Origin: Terriglobia bacterium
GTDB lineage: Bacteria; Acidobacteriota; Terriglobia; UBA7540
Assembly: GCA_050010335.1 (NCBI GenBank)
Contig: JBEKLF010000008.1
Span: 18,905 to 82,904, forward strand
Length of the DNA stretch: 64,000 nucleotides
Direction of reading: 5' to 3'
This document shows, piece after piece, positions 10,808 through 19,972 of this stretch. The position numbers and the translations under genes are program-made. Within the stretch, counting starts at the first letter, position 1. Every line of letters begins with the position of its first letter. The notes below the pieces were generated by a model. It worked only from the letters and a program-made list of their open reading frames with translations. It made no database searches and was not told the origin of the DNA.

Positions 10808-11631
10808 AACTGGGAAACTTTGACCTCCATATCATTTCCGATGGAAGCTTCCTGCTCGATGGCGGCCAGATGTTTTCCGTTGTTCCGAAGGCACTTTGGG
10901 AGAAGAGAATCCCCGCCGACTCGCGCAACCGCATCCGGCTCGGCCTGACTTGCCTGCTGATTCAGACGGGCCGACAGAACATTCTGGTGGAGACCGGGAT
11001 CGGAGATAAATTCGACGCAAAATTCAACGAGATTTATGGGGTTGATCGCACTCGGACGCTCCCGGGAGAACTCCAGAAGTTGCACCTGAAACCCGAGGAC
11101 ATCGACATCGTCATTAATACGCACTTGCATTTCGACCATTGCGGGTGGAATCTTCGGCGCGAGGATGGAAACCTCGTGCCGACTTTTCCTCGTGCGCGGT
11201 ATTTTGTGCAGCGCGGCGAATGGGAAGATGCTCACCATCCCACGGAGCGCAATCGCGCCAGCTACTTGGAGCATTTCTTTTCTGCCGCGGAACCGCAAAC
11301 CGAGCTTTTGGACGGGGACGGGGAAATCGTCCCCGGCGTGCGGGTGGAGGTTGGTGCTGGTCACACGCGGTTTATGCAATGCGTACGGGTAGAATCGGAA
11401 GGCGACACGGCATACTATCCCTCGGATCTTGTACCCACAAATTCCCATCTCGCCTATCCCTGGATGACCAGTTTCGATCTTTATCCCCTGGAGACGCTTG
11501 CCAACAAGAAACGTCTCTTGCCCGAGCTGGCTGACGCCAATGCGCTCGTAGTTTTCACCCATGACCCTTGCGTTCCGTGGGCGCGCTTGGTAAACATTGA
11601 GGGCAAGATTGCATCGCAACCAGTGGAGTAG
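10804..11631 (+). CDS. MBL-fold metallo-hydrolase
   Basis: NTHLHFDHCGWN motif. ATGA overlap with the preceding stop. Confidence 0.75.
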   Translation: MKLGNFDLHIISDGSFLLDGGQMFSVVPKALWEKRIPADSRNRIRLGLTCLLIQTGRQNILVETGIGDKFDAKFNEIYGVDRTRTLPGELQKLHLKPEDIDIVINTHLHFDHCGWNLRREDGNLVPTFPRARYFVQRGEWEDAHHPTERNRASYLEHFFSAAEPQTELLDGDGEIVPGVRVEVGAGHTRFMQCVRVESEGDTAYYPSDLVPTNSHLAYPWMTSFDLYPLETLANKKRLLPELADANALVVFTHDPCVPWARLVNIEGKIASQPVE

Positions 11632-11670
11632 CTTTTCGGAATTGCCCTGGGTGAGGGCATAGGAGGAAGT

Positions 11671-12534
11671 TTGGCCAAAGCACAGATTGGAGTGATCGGT
11701 GGCAGCGGTCTTTACAGGATGCCGGGTTTGGAGAAAGCTCGCGAAGTACGCATTACCACCCCCTTCGGAAAACCTTCGGACGCATACATTGTCGGCACGC
11801 TCGAGGGGCGGCCGGTTGCGTTCCTTGCCCGCCATGGGCGCGGCCATGTGATCAGCCCATCGGAGCTCAACTTTCGCGCCAACATCTACGGATTCAAAAA
11901 GCTGGGTGTGGAACGAATTATCTCGATGAGTGCTGTGGGCTCGCTGCGGGAGGATTTCCGCCCGACGGACATGGCTCTGCCCACCCAGTTCGTTGACCGC
12001 ACCCGCCAGCGCATCTCCACGTTTTTCGGCGGCGGTCTGGTGGCGCACGTCGGGTTTGATACGCCCGTTTGTCACACGGTTGTCGATGCGCTCGCGGAAG
12101 GATGCGCCGCCATTGACGTGGCGTTTCACAAGGGTGGGACATACCTTTGCATGGAAGGCCCGGCGTTTTCCACCAAGGCGGAATCGAACCTTTACCGGTC
12201 ATGGGGGATGGACATCATCGGAATGACCAGCCTTCAGGAAGCCAAGTTGGCGCGCGAGGCGGAAATGTGCTACGCCGTGCTGGCCATGGTCACGGACTAC
12301 GATTGCTGGCATCCCGATCACGATGCCGTCACCGTTACCCAGGTCCTTGACTATCTCTCGCGTAACGTGGAAAATTCCCAAAAGATCGTGCGGTACGCGG
12401 TGCGCTCGCTTCCTCAGGCGCGGAATTGCAAATGCGGTTCGGCGCTTGCCCACGCAATCCTCACCGATCGCAAGAGGATCCCTGCCGCGACCAAGAAAAA
12501 GCTAGCCCTGCTGGTCGGCAAGTATCTGAAATAA
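11671..12534 (+). CDS. mtnP: S-methyl-5'-thioadenosine phosphorylase
   Basis: IGVIGGSGLY, TPFGKPSD, LARHGRGH and GMTSLQEAKLAREAE. TTG start preceded by AGGAGG. Confidence 0.85.
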   Translation: MAKAQIGVIGGSGLYRMPGLEKAREVRITTPFGKPSDAYIVGTLEGRPVAFLARHGRGHVISPSELNFRANIYGFKKLGVERIISMSAVGSLREDFRPTDMALPTQFVDRTRQRISTFFGGGLVAHVGFDTPVCHTVVDALAEGCAAIDVAFHKGGTYLCMEGPAFSTKAESNLYRSWGMDIIGMTSLQEAKLAREAEMCYAVLAMVTDYDCWHPDHDAVTVTQVLDYLSRNVENSQKIVRYAVRSLPQARNCKCGSALAHAILTDRKRIPAATKKKLALLVGKYLK

Positions 12535-12577
12535 ACACTGCCGGCCAATCCACTCGCGCGAGGTTGAAAGTACCCCT

Positions 12578-13483
12578 ATGTCACTACTGGCGGTTGGTTC
12601 AATTGCCTTTGATTCAATTCTCACCCCATACGGCAAGGCGGAGGAAATCCTCGGGGGCTCAGCGACGTTTTTTTCCGTCACCGCAAGCTGGTTCACTTCG
12701 GTTTCCGTGGTGGCGGTGGTCGGCGAAGACTTTGGGGAGCAACACTTCCGGGTTTTCCGCGAACGCTCCATCGACACAAGGGGCGTAGAACAGGTCCCCG
12801 GCCGGACCTTCCGCTGGAAGGGCGAATATACCGGTGACATGGATCAGGCCCGCACGCTCGACACGCAACTCAACGTGTTCGAAAGCTTCGTCCCCAAGAT
12901 TCCTGCCGCCTACCTCGACAGCCAGTTTCTTTTTCTCGGCAACATCGTCCCGACGTTGCAGCTTAGCGTTCGGCGCGCGCTTCCCAATCTTCGCGCCACC
13001 GCTCTCGACACCATGAATTACTGGATCCACGGCATGCCGGAAGAATTGGCCAAGGTTCTGGCGACGGTGGAAATCCTGCTGATTAACGAAGGGGAAGCGC
13101 GGATGCTTTCCAAGCAAGGTAATTTGAAGAAGGCCGCCGGAATCATTCAGAAGCTCGGCCCGCGCGTGGTGGTGGTCAAGCGAGGCGAGCATGGCGCCAC
13201 GGTTTTTGGCCCGAAGTCGATATTCACGGTTCCAGCTTTCCCTCTGGACGAGGTGTTCGATCCCACCGGTGCGGGCGACACCTTTGCCGGTGGGTTCATG
13301 GGTCATCTGGCGCGTACCGGTGATCTGTCGGATGCCAACCTGCGCCGCGCTGCTGTGTATGGATCGGTCATGGGAAGTTTTGCGGTGGAGGAATTCGGTG
13401 TGGGCCGCCTTCTGCGCTTGACGCCGGCCGAAATTGAATCGCGTTACCGCGAAATCAAGAACATGACACATTTTGATGCATGA
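12578..13483 (+). CDS. PfkB-family carbohydrate/nucleoside kinase
   Basis: N-terminal GSIAFD and C-terminal DPTGAGDTFAGGF signature. Confidence 0.8.
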   Translation: MSLLAVGSIAFDSILTPYGKAEEILGGSATFFSVTASWFTSVSVVAVVGEDFGEQHFRVFRERSIDTRGVEQVPGRTFRWKGEYTGDMDQARTLDTQLNVFESFVPKIPAAYLDSQFLFLGNIVPTLQLSVRRALPNLRATALDTMNYWIHGMPEELAKVLATVEILLINEGEARMLSKQGNLKKAAGIIQKLGPRVVVVKRGEHGATVFGPKSIFTVPAFPLDEVFDPTGAGDTFAGGFMGHLARTGDLSDANLRRAAVYGSVMGSFAVEEFGVGRLLRLTPAEIESRYREIKNMTHFDA

Positions 13484-15068
13484 TTCTGCCGTCGAATCCC
13501 ACGCACCCCAGCATGAGCTGTGGCATATTCCTGCTCCGGCCCACGCCGCTGTCGCTGTTCTGATCCTGGGAATCACCTCCGCCAGCCTGCGTTTTTTCTA
13601 CGCCCGCGGCCTAACCAACCTTTATGGCGACGGGTTGGCCCACATCGAGGGCGCCCGGCGGATCTTTGATTCCATTACTCCAGGCTATGAGGAAATCGGC
13701 ACGGTCTGGTTGCCGCTTTACCATCTGACTTGCGCACCTCTTGCCGTCAACGATTTTCTTTGGCGCTCAGGCTTGGCCGGGAGCTTGGTTTCCTCCGCGG
13801 CGTTCGCGTTGACCGCTTACCTCCTCTTTCGTCTAGGTGCGGAAATCAATCGCAACCTGGCGGCAGGGCTTGTGGCGGTGGCCGGAGCCGTCCTTTGCCC
13901 AAACTTTCTCTACCTTGCGAGCACGCCGCTGACGGAGCCGCTTGCGCTTTTGTGGTCGGTGCTGGTTGCCTACGCGCTCTTCCGCTATTCGCTATCGGGC
14001 TCGTGGAAATCGCTGGCGGGCGCAGCCGCAGCCGCGTTCCTGGGGACGCTGACTCGCTATGAAGGTTGGAACGTTCTGCCTTTTGCCACGCTGTTGGTAT
14101 TCCTGATTCGTCCGTACCCATGGAGGCAGCGCTTTCTGCGCACGGCTTTTTTCGCGGGCGTCGCTGGCGCCGGGCCCCTCTTGTGGCTCATTCACAATGC
14201 CTATCGCTTCAAGAATCCCATCGAATTCTACAACGGCCCAGGCTCAGCGAAAGATATTTACGCCCATCAACTGGCGACGACCGCGTTCCCTTATCCCACC
14301 GATGGCAGCCTGCTTCTATCCACGCGATATTACCTTGAGGACCTGAAGCTTGTCATCGGCGTCTGGGCCCTGGAGTTAGCGGTGCTGGGTCTGGTGGCGT
14401 GGTGTGTAAGCATGCGCGAATCCCGGCGCGGCGCCGTTGCCGTGCTGTTCATTGTTCCGCTGCCCTTCTATATTCAGGCTTTGGCGCATGCCGCCGTCCC
14501 CTTGTATGTGCCGACGCTTTTTCCCTTTACGCATTACAACCTTCGGTATGGTGTGGAAATGATCGCGGCGGTCGCCCTTTTCCCATCGTTCGTATTGTCC
14601 CCGCATTTGGGGAAGAAGCTCCGCCTGGCCCTGCTTATTATTTTCCTGGCGGTGCTGGGGCGGCAGTTTATGGTATTGACAGCGGCGGGCCCCCGTGAAC
14701 TGCTGGTGGTAAAGGAAGGAATCCGGAATAACCCTTGCCGTGCCCGTCGACAGCGGGCTATCATCGACTTCCTGCGCGCCCACTACGACGGCAAACGCGT
14801 CCTGGTGGCGGCAGGGAAGTGGCCCTGCGTGATGCCGGAAGCCCGTATCTATTTTCGCAATACCCTCAGCAATCTGAATCGCAAGTACTGGGCTAAGATG
14901 CAGACAGAGCCGCAAAACTGGGTGGACTGGATTATCCGCGGCCAAGGCGACGCCATCGATAGCCTCATGCAAGCTTACCCCCAGGCATTCAAGGATTATG
15001 AAGTCGTAGACCAGGGGGAATTTCGGGGCGAGGGGAGCTTTGAAATCTACCGGCTGCGTAAAATGTGA
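13473..15068 (+). CDS. Polytopic membrane protein, GT-C fold glycosyltransferase-like (PMT_2/ArnT-like)
   Basis: 531 aa, more than 10 hydrophobic helices, N-terminal YGDGLAHIEGARR loop, soluble C-terminal domain. Overlaps the previous gene by 11 nt. Confidence 0.55.
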   Translation: MMHDSAVESHAPQHELWHIPAPAHAAVAVLILGITSASLRFFYARGLTNLYGDGLAHIEGARRIFDSITPGYEEIGTVWLPLYHLTCAPLAVNDFLWRSGLAGSLVSSAAFALTAYLLFRLGAEINRNLAAGLVAVAGAVLCPNFLYLASTPLTEPLALLWSVLVAYALFRYSLSGSWKSLAGAAAAAFLGTLTRYEGWNVLPFATLLVFLIRPYPWRQRFLRTAFFAGVAGAGPLLWLIHNAYRFKNPIEFYNGPGSAKDIYAHQLATTAFPYPTDGSLLLSTRYYLEDLKLVIGVWALELAVLGLVAWCVSMRESRRGAVAVLFIVPLPFYIQALAHAAVPLYVPTLFPFTHYNLRYGVEMIAAVALFPSFVLSPHLGKKLRLALLIIFLAVLGRQFMVLTAAGPRELLVVKEGIRNNPCRARRQRAIIDFLRAHYDGKRVLVAAGKWPCVMPEARIYFRNTLSNLNRKYWAKMQTEPQNWVDWIIRGQGDAIDSLMQAYPQAFKDYEVVDQGEFRGEGSFEIYRLRKM

Positions 15069-15069
15069 C

Positions 15070-15927
15070 ATGACCAAAGTTATCCCCTTCGTCAAATATC
15101 ACGGGCTGGAAAATGATTGGCTCGTTGTTCTCGCGAGCGACCTTCCCACCGGTCTTCCCCAATTCGCGCGCAGAATTCTCGACCGCCACACGGGCGCCGG
15201 CGCTGACGGCCTTATCGTGGTTATGAAATCCGAGGTGCGAGGCCATGATGCGCGAATCCGATTTTTCAATGCCGACGGCAGTGAGGCGGAGATGTCGGGA
15301 AACGGCATTCGCTGCGCAGGCGCTCTTCTGGCTGAACGGAAACCGCAGAAGCGGACGCTGGCGATCGATACGCTCGCTGGGGTGAAGACACTCGAAAAAG
15401 GGAAGTCGAGCGAAGGAAAGTGGATGTTTCGCGTGCAAATGGGTGCCCCGATCCTTACCGCGGCACAAATTCCTTTCCAGCCGGCTGAAACCGTTTCTCC
15501 TCTCCTTCGCTTCCCTCTCAAAACTCATCGGGGCGATTTGCCAGTCACCGTCACTTCCATGGGGAATCCTCATTGCAGCGTGTTTGTCGCGGATTTCGAG
15601 ACCGTCGATTGGCTGCAACTGGGCCGGGACATCGAGCAGAATGAGCATTTCCCCAACCGCACCAATGTTGAGTTCGTCCGCTTGCTCTCCCGGGACGAAA
15701 TCGAAGTGAGATTTTGGGAGCGGGGAGTTGGACACACGAGGTCCTCAGGTACGGGTTCCTGTGGCGCCGCAGTGGCCGCCATTCTCAATGGCCTCACGGA
15801 CCGGCGCGTGCATGTGCGGACAGAGGCCGGGGTGCTGGAAGTCGCGTGGCCGGATGGCGGTGAGGTTACACTAACGGGGCCGGCCGAGAGGGTGATGAGC
15901 GGGAAATACGACTACGGCCGCACATAG
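15070..15927 (+). CDS. dapF: Diaminopimelate epimerase
   Basis: NDWLVV, FFNADGSEAEMSGNGIRC, MGNPHCSVFV and ERGVGHTRSSGTGSC (both catalytic Cys contexts). ATG 15070 lies just after the upstream stop. Confidence 0.85.
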   Translation: MTKVIPFVKYHGLENDWLVVLASDLPTGLPQFARRILDRHTGAGADGLIVVMKSEVRGHDARIRFFNADGSEAEMSGNGIRCAGALLAERKPQKRTLAIDTLAGVKTLEKGKSSEGKWMFRVQMGAPILTAAQIPFQPAETVSPLLRFPLKTHRGDLPVTVTSMGNPHCSVFVADFETVDWLQLGRDIEQNEHFPNRTNVEFVRLLSRDEIEVRFWERGVGHTRSSGTGSCGAAVAAILNGLTDRRVHVRTEAGVLEVAWPDGGEVTLTGPAERVMSGKYDYGRT

Positions 15928-16517
15928 AGGTAGAGCTTGTGGGAAATCCCGTTCTTCGAAACCACGTCAACGACCTTGTCGGCATCCCATCCGGGAATGT
16001 GAAAATCGTGGCAAACGAGTCGCGTTCCGGGCCGGAGCTCTCGTTCCAATTTGGGCCGCAGCTTTTCGTTGAACGAGGTCAACAGGTACAGCACCACCAC
16101 CGTGGCCCGATGCACGCTGACATCGAACATATCTTCATAAATAATGTGCGCCCGATCGTCCAGTCCCAATTCCTTGATGCGTTTGCTTGACTCGCTATAG
16201 AGGTCGGGATTGATTTCCACCCCCACGGCATGGGCGCCATATTTTTGGGCGGCGGCAATGACAATGCGCCCATCGCCTGATCCCAAATCATAAACCACAT
16301 CATCCGATGTGACCTTGGCCAGGTCCAGCATCTTCTCGACAATGTCCTGGGGTGTGGGCACGTAAGGGACCTGCTTGATCAGGGTTGCGCCGGCAAGGCC
16401 TTGTCCGGTCGGCGCTGCTGCTTGGGCTAATGCCGCTTGCCCTGACCAGAGAACGAGCAGGGATACCCCCAACACCGAAGTGCGTGGAAGGGTGAAGCCT
16501 TGAGTTAGTTTCCGCAT
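15912..16517 (-). CDS. Class I SAM-dependent methyltransferase with N-terminal signal/anchor sequence
   Basis: VVYDLGSGDGRIVIAAA motif I. N-terminal LGVSLLVLWSGQAALAQA. 3' end overlaps the dapF 3' end by 16 nt. Confidence 0.7.
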   Translation of the reverse strand: MRKLTQGFTLPRTSVLGVSLLVLWSGQAALAQAAAPTGQGLAGATLIKQVPYVPTPQDIVEKMLDLAKVTSDDVVYDLGSGDGRIVIAAAQKYGAHAVGVEINPDLYSESSKRIKELGLDDRAHIIYEDMFDVSVHRATVVVLYLLTSFNEKLRPKLERELRPGTRLVCHDFHIPGWDADKVVDVVSKNGISHKLYLYVRP

Positions 16518-16655
16518 GACATGATTTTAACGGCCTCGTGCAATGTTGTCGAGCTTGGAAAAGGCTGAAAGCTGATAGCTGACACCTGAGAGCTGACAAT
16601 GGACAGCCCTCCACCCCAAAACCCTCTTGCGCTTCCGGCGTTTCCACCCTAGGCT

Positions 16656-18122
16656 GTGACGGACACCCATTCGCGAGCTGAGCGGGTCAGTGCTGGCTTT
16701 CCGCGAGTGCAATCGATCTCATTCACATCGGAGACCCCTAGCGTGGCTCAGCCTTCCTTACGCAGAGAACTTAGATTCAGCCATGCCGCGGCCATCGTCA
16801 TTGCCAACATGATTGGCACAGGGATTTTTACAACCACCGGATTTCTGGCGGGTGATCTGGGGCGTCCCTCCCTGGTTCTCGGAATATGGATCGTGGGAGC
16901 CATCGTCGCCGTCGCAGGCTGCCTCTGCTACTCCGAAATGGGAGTCAACCTTCCCGAGTCAGGCGGTGAGTACATTTTCTTGCGCGAGGCCTGGGGGCCT
17001 GTCTGGGGCTTTCTCAGCGGCTGGATTTCCTTTTTCGCAGGATTTTCGGCGCCGATTGCCGCCGCCGCTCTTGCCTTTTCCGAGTATTTCTCGCACTTCT
17101 TCCCCTCTTTCGCGGTATCGGGCCCGGCAGCAAATTCCGGGGACGCGCAAGGGTGGTTCCACACCGGCAACGGACAACTGTTGGCGGTGGGAATTGTCTT
17201 GGTGTTTTCCGTAATCAACGTGGCGGGCCTCAGGCTCGCAGCCAAGGTCCAAAACCTCATCACCGCCCTCAAGCTGGGCGTGCTGCTGCTCTTCCTCGGT
17301 TTCGCGTTTGTGATTGGGCATGGAAGCGTTGGTCATTTTTCGCAACTGGCGGCAAGAACGTCATCCCACAGTTTGCCCGCGCAGTTCGCGGTGTCGCTGA
17401 TCTTCGTCATGTTCGCGTACAGCGGCTGGAATGCGGCCACCTATGTCTCCGGTGAAATGAAAACACCTGAGCGGACGATACCTGCCTCGCTGGTGGTGGG
17501 TACGCTCACTGTCGCCGCCTTTTACCTGCTCTTGAACGTGGCGTTCATCTACGCGCTGCCGCTGGAATCTATGAAAGGCGTCGTGGCGATCGGCGAAGCT
17601 TCCGCCGGCGCGCTTTTCGGGCTGCGGGGAGGGAACTTTTTCAGTGCCATCATGTCGGTGGGATTGCTTTCGTGTGTAAGCGCCATGGTCATCGCTGGGC
17701 CGCGCGTTTACTTCGCCATGGCGGTGGACAAATGTTTTTTCCCCACCGCGGCGCGCATCCATCCGCAATGGGGAACGCCAATGTACGCGATCATCTATCA
17801 ATCGTTGGCAGCCGTTCTGATGATCTTGACCGGGACGTTTGAGAGCCTGGTTTATTACATTGGGTTCGCGCTGATCTTCTTTGCGGCCCTGGCCGTGGCA
17901 GGGTCAATCCGCCTGCGCCTGCGCCCGGGATGGAAGAAACTCGCGGCAATGAATTGGGGTTACCCCCTGGCTCCTGCCCTCTTTATCGTGGCGAGCGCCT
18001 GGATGCTCTTTTATACCGCATCGCTGCGGCCCAAGGAATCGGCGCTCGGCCTGCTGACAATCTTGCTCGGTGCCGGACTTTACTTTTGGAGATTTCGGCA
18101 GGGTCCCGTGCCCCCGGATTAA
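16656..18122 (+). CDS. APC-superfamily amino acid permease
   Basis: 12 predicted helices. IANMIGTGIFTT and FAYSGWNAATYVSGEMK motifs. Confidence 0.8.
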   Translation: MTDTHSRAERVSAGFPRVQSISFTSETPSVAQPSLRRELRFSHAAAIVIANMIGTGIFTTTGFLAGDLGRPSLVLGIWIVGAIVAVAGCLCYSEMGVNLPESGGEYIFLREAWGPVWGFLSGWISFFAGFSAPIAAAALAFSEYFSHFFPSFAVSGPAANSGDAQGWFHTGNGQLLAVGIVLVFSVINVAGLRLAAKVQNLITALKLGVLLLFLGFAFVIGHGSVGHFSQLAARTSSHSLPAQFAVSLIFVMFAYSGWNAATYVSGEMKTPERTIPASLVVGTLTVAAFYLLLNVAFIYALPLESMKGVVAIGEASAGALFGLRGGNFFSAIMSVGLLSCVSAMVIAGPRVYFAMAVDKCFFPTAARIHPQWGTPMYAIIYQSLAAVLMILTGTFESLVYYIGFALIFFAALAVAGSIRLRLRPGWKKLAAMNWGYPLAPALFIVASAWMLFYTASLRPKESALGLLTILLGAGLYFWRFRQGPVPPD

Positions 18123-18239
18123 CGTTGCGCCGACCTTCGGGATAGGTCCGCGTTATGCTTGCTATCTGGGTTGACAGAACGACACGGCGGAATTAGGGTT
18201 AAGAACGGAGTTTAAAGCAGCCCATGGGAGACACTGCGC

Positions 18240-18431
18240 ATGACCGGAATCCAGTTCATTACCGACGAAAAAGGCCGTAAGCGCGCGGCGATCATTGACC
18301 TCAAGCGGCACAGCGCGCTCTGGGAAGACATCGAGGACGTGCTGGTTTCCCGATCGAGGCAGCACGAAAAACGTGTCCCGCTCGAGAAGGTGAAGGCAGA
18401 CCTCATTAAAAGCGGAAAACTGCGTGGCTAG
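18240..18431 (+). CDS. Type II antitoxin (small, partner of the RelE/ParE toxin)
   Basis: 63-aa ORF overlapping the toxin start by 8 nt. The IIDLKRHSALWEDIEDVLVS pattern is common upstream of RelE-like genes. Confidence 0.6.
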   Translation: MTGIQFITDEKGRKRAAIIDLKRHSALWEDIEDVLVSRSRQHEKRVPLEKVKADLIKSGKLRG

Positions 18432-18687
18432 CTACCGCGTCGTATTAACGGCGAGTGCAGAAAAGGAACTCAAAGGACTGTCTGCCCAGCTCAACGCGCG
18501 CATCGTTCCGCGCTTGGAAAACCTGGCCGACCATCCCCGCCCGCCGGGCTGCAAGAAGCTCAAAGGCGGAGATAAAGAGTGGCGCATTCGTGTAGGGGAC
18601 TACCGCGTTGTGTATACCATCGACGACGCCAGATTGATGGTCGAAGTGACTAGAATCCGTCACCGGAGCGAGGTATACGAAAGATGA
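18424..18687 (+). CDS. RelE/ParE-family type II toxin
   Basis: 87 aa. KELKGL, LADHPRPPGCKKLKG and WRIRVGDYRVVYTIDD. Confidence 0.8.
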   Translation: MASYRVVLTASAEKELKGLSAQLNARIVPRLENLADHPRPPGCKKLKGGDKEWRIRVGDYRVVYTIDDARLMVEVTRIRHRSEVYER

Positions 18688-18739
18688 ACGACAGTAGCGT
18701 GGCCTGTTTGATAGCCTTGGGCTGGTGTAGTGAGGTGAG

Positions 18740-18847
18740 CCGCAAACTCTGGAGAACAAGTCGTCGGTAACTGATTTAGCCCCTGCCAGCCTTAATGGCC
18801 ACCTGCGCAAGCCGAGCTTCTTGCTCAGGGGTGAAATGAACTTCCAT
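18740..18847 (-). pseudogene. Decayed antitoxin-like gene fragment (frameshifted)
   Basis: MEVHFTPEQEARLAQVAIKAGRG then a stop. A shifted frame continues AKSVTDDLFSRV and runs into the convergent relE 3' end. Confidence 0.3.
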
Positions 18848-19070
18848 CGGCTTCAGAATAACGGAAAAGCATCCTCTAAGCCAAGTTGCAAGTTGGACCC
18901 TTTTCGATCGAAGCTCTCCCACCGAACGCCAAGCTGAAATTCCTGGAGCGTACCGATTTTCGCGGGTTAATTCGCAAAGCACCGCTACCCTCAGGGATGG
19001 GTAGTTTCGGCCAAACTATCCCGAAAATGCGGTTTACCGGACATCATAGCCGCCTGCGTTAATAAATGAC

Positions 19071-19100
19071 TTGACATTTGTAGCCCACAAGGCGTATCAT
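19071..19100 (+). promoter_or_regulatory. Sigma70-like promoter TTGACA-18-TATCAT
   Basis: TTGACA 19071-19076 and TATCAT 19095-19100. Reads toward the four-box array. Confidence 0.4.
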
Positions 19101-19408
19101 AAAATGGAGGCTATGGTAATCGTGCCCTGTTGTGGAGAGCGAGACCATACCTTACGACGGCAAGCCGATAAAGCACGCGAACACAATGGCTGCATGGGCA
19201 TGGGGAAGAATCGCACGATGATCGAAGCCAAACTCGGTGCCCTCTCCACGGAGGGAGGGCACGCCCATGGTGCAATTCCCAGTCCTGAAAATACGAGCCA
19301 AGCCCTCTGTCACGACTGTGAACTCGTCGCGGTGTGGGACGGTTTTGTGCCCAAAGAAAGAACATTCGGCCTGGCAGCTAGGCAGTACTTTCCGAAAACT
19401 CCGGGGGA

Positions 19409-19676
19409 CCCCGTGATATTCATGAAAACACAGCAGGTTGACGAAGGAATGGTGTGGTCATTGGCCAATGGTAAAAATCAACCCCTTGATTCTAAACCCG
19501 TTAGTAGCGTAGAGAATCGGGTATCCAGCATGGAAATGATGATCGTAAAATGAAGGTATAACCCGTGATGTTCATGAAAACAAATGGGGAGGCAACTCAA
19601 ATTCCCCTCTACCCCGTGATGTTTAAGAAAAATAAGCCACTTACGGTCGTTACCCCGTGATAGTGTTGAAATAAAA
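19409..19676 (+). repeat. Four-box direct repeat array (CCCGTGATGTTCATGAAAACAAA-like), locus 1
   Basis: Boxes at 19409, 19561, 19611 and 19652. Core-to-core spacing is 152/51/41 nt. Same family and spacing as 33138-33390. Confidence 0.7.
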
Positions 19677-19972
19677 GGGGAAAGCTGCCGGCCGGAAATC
19701 ATGAATTACGAATTCTGAAGTACGGTTCCTTCTCCGGCTATTCTAAGATGGGGAATCGCCCCGAGGGGCCGAAATGTTATAGTTATGAACGCGCCGATCG
19801 ACGATGTCAATCGAACTGCTGGCCACTTTGACCTAGAACCGATGTGTTGAACCTGATGCCCGTAACACCCAAAACTAACTTGCATAACGATCCTCCAGAT
19901 TTCAACAACACCGGTAGTCTGATATGGCAAGGGGGGCTCTTCACCTTGCCACGGTGGCCTATTCCGCGCCAA

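Noticed and set aside
10756-12129. 457-aa ORF on the - strand
   Set aside because: It is antisense to the MBL hydrolase and mtnP, which have clear family signatures. It is a typical high-GC shadow ORF.
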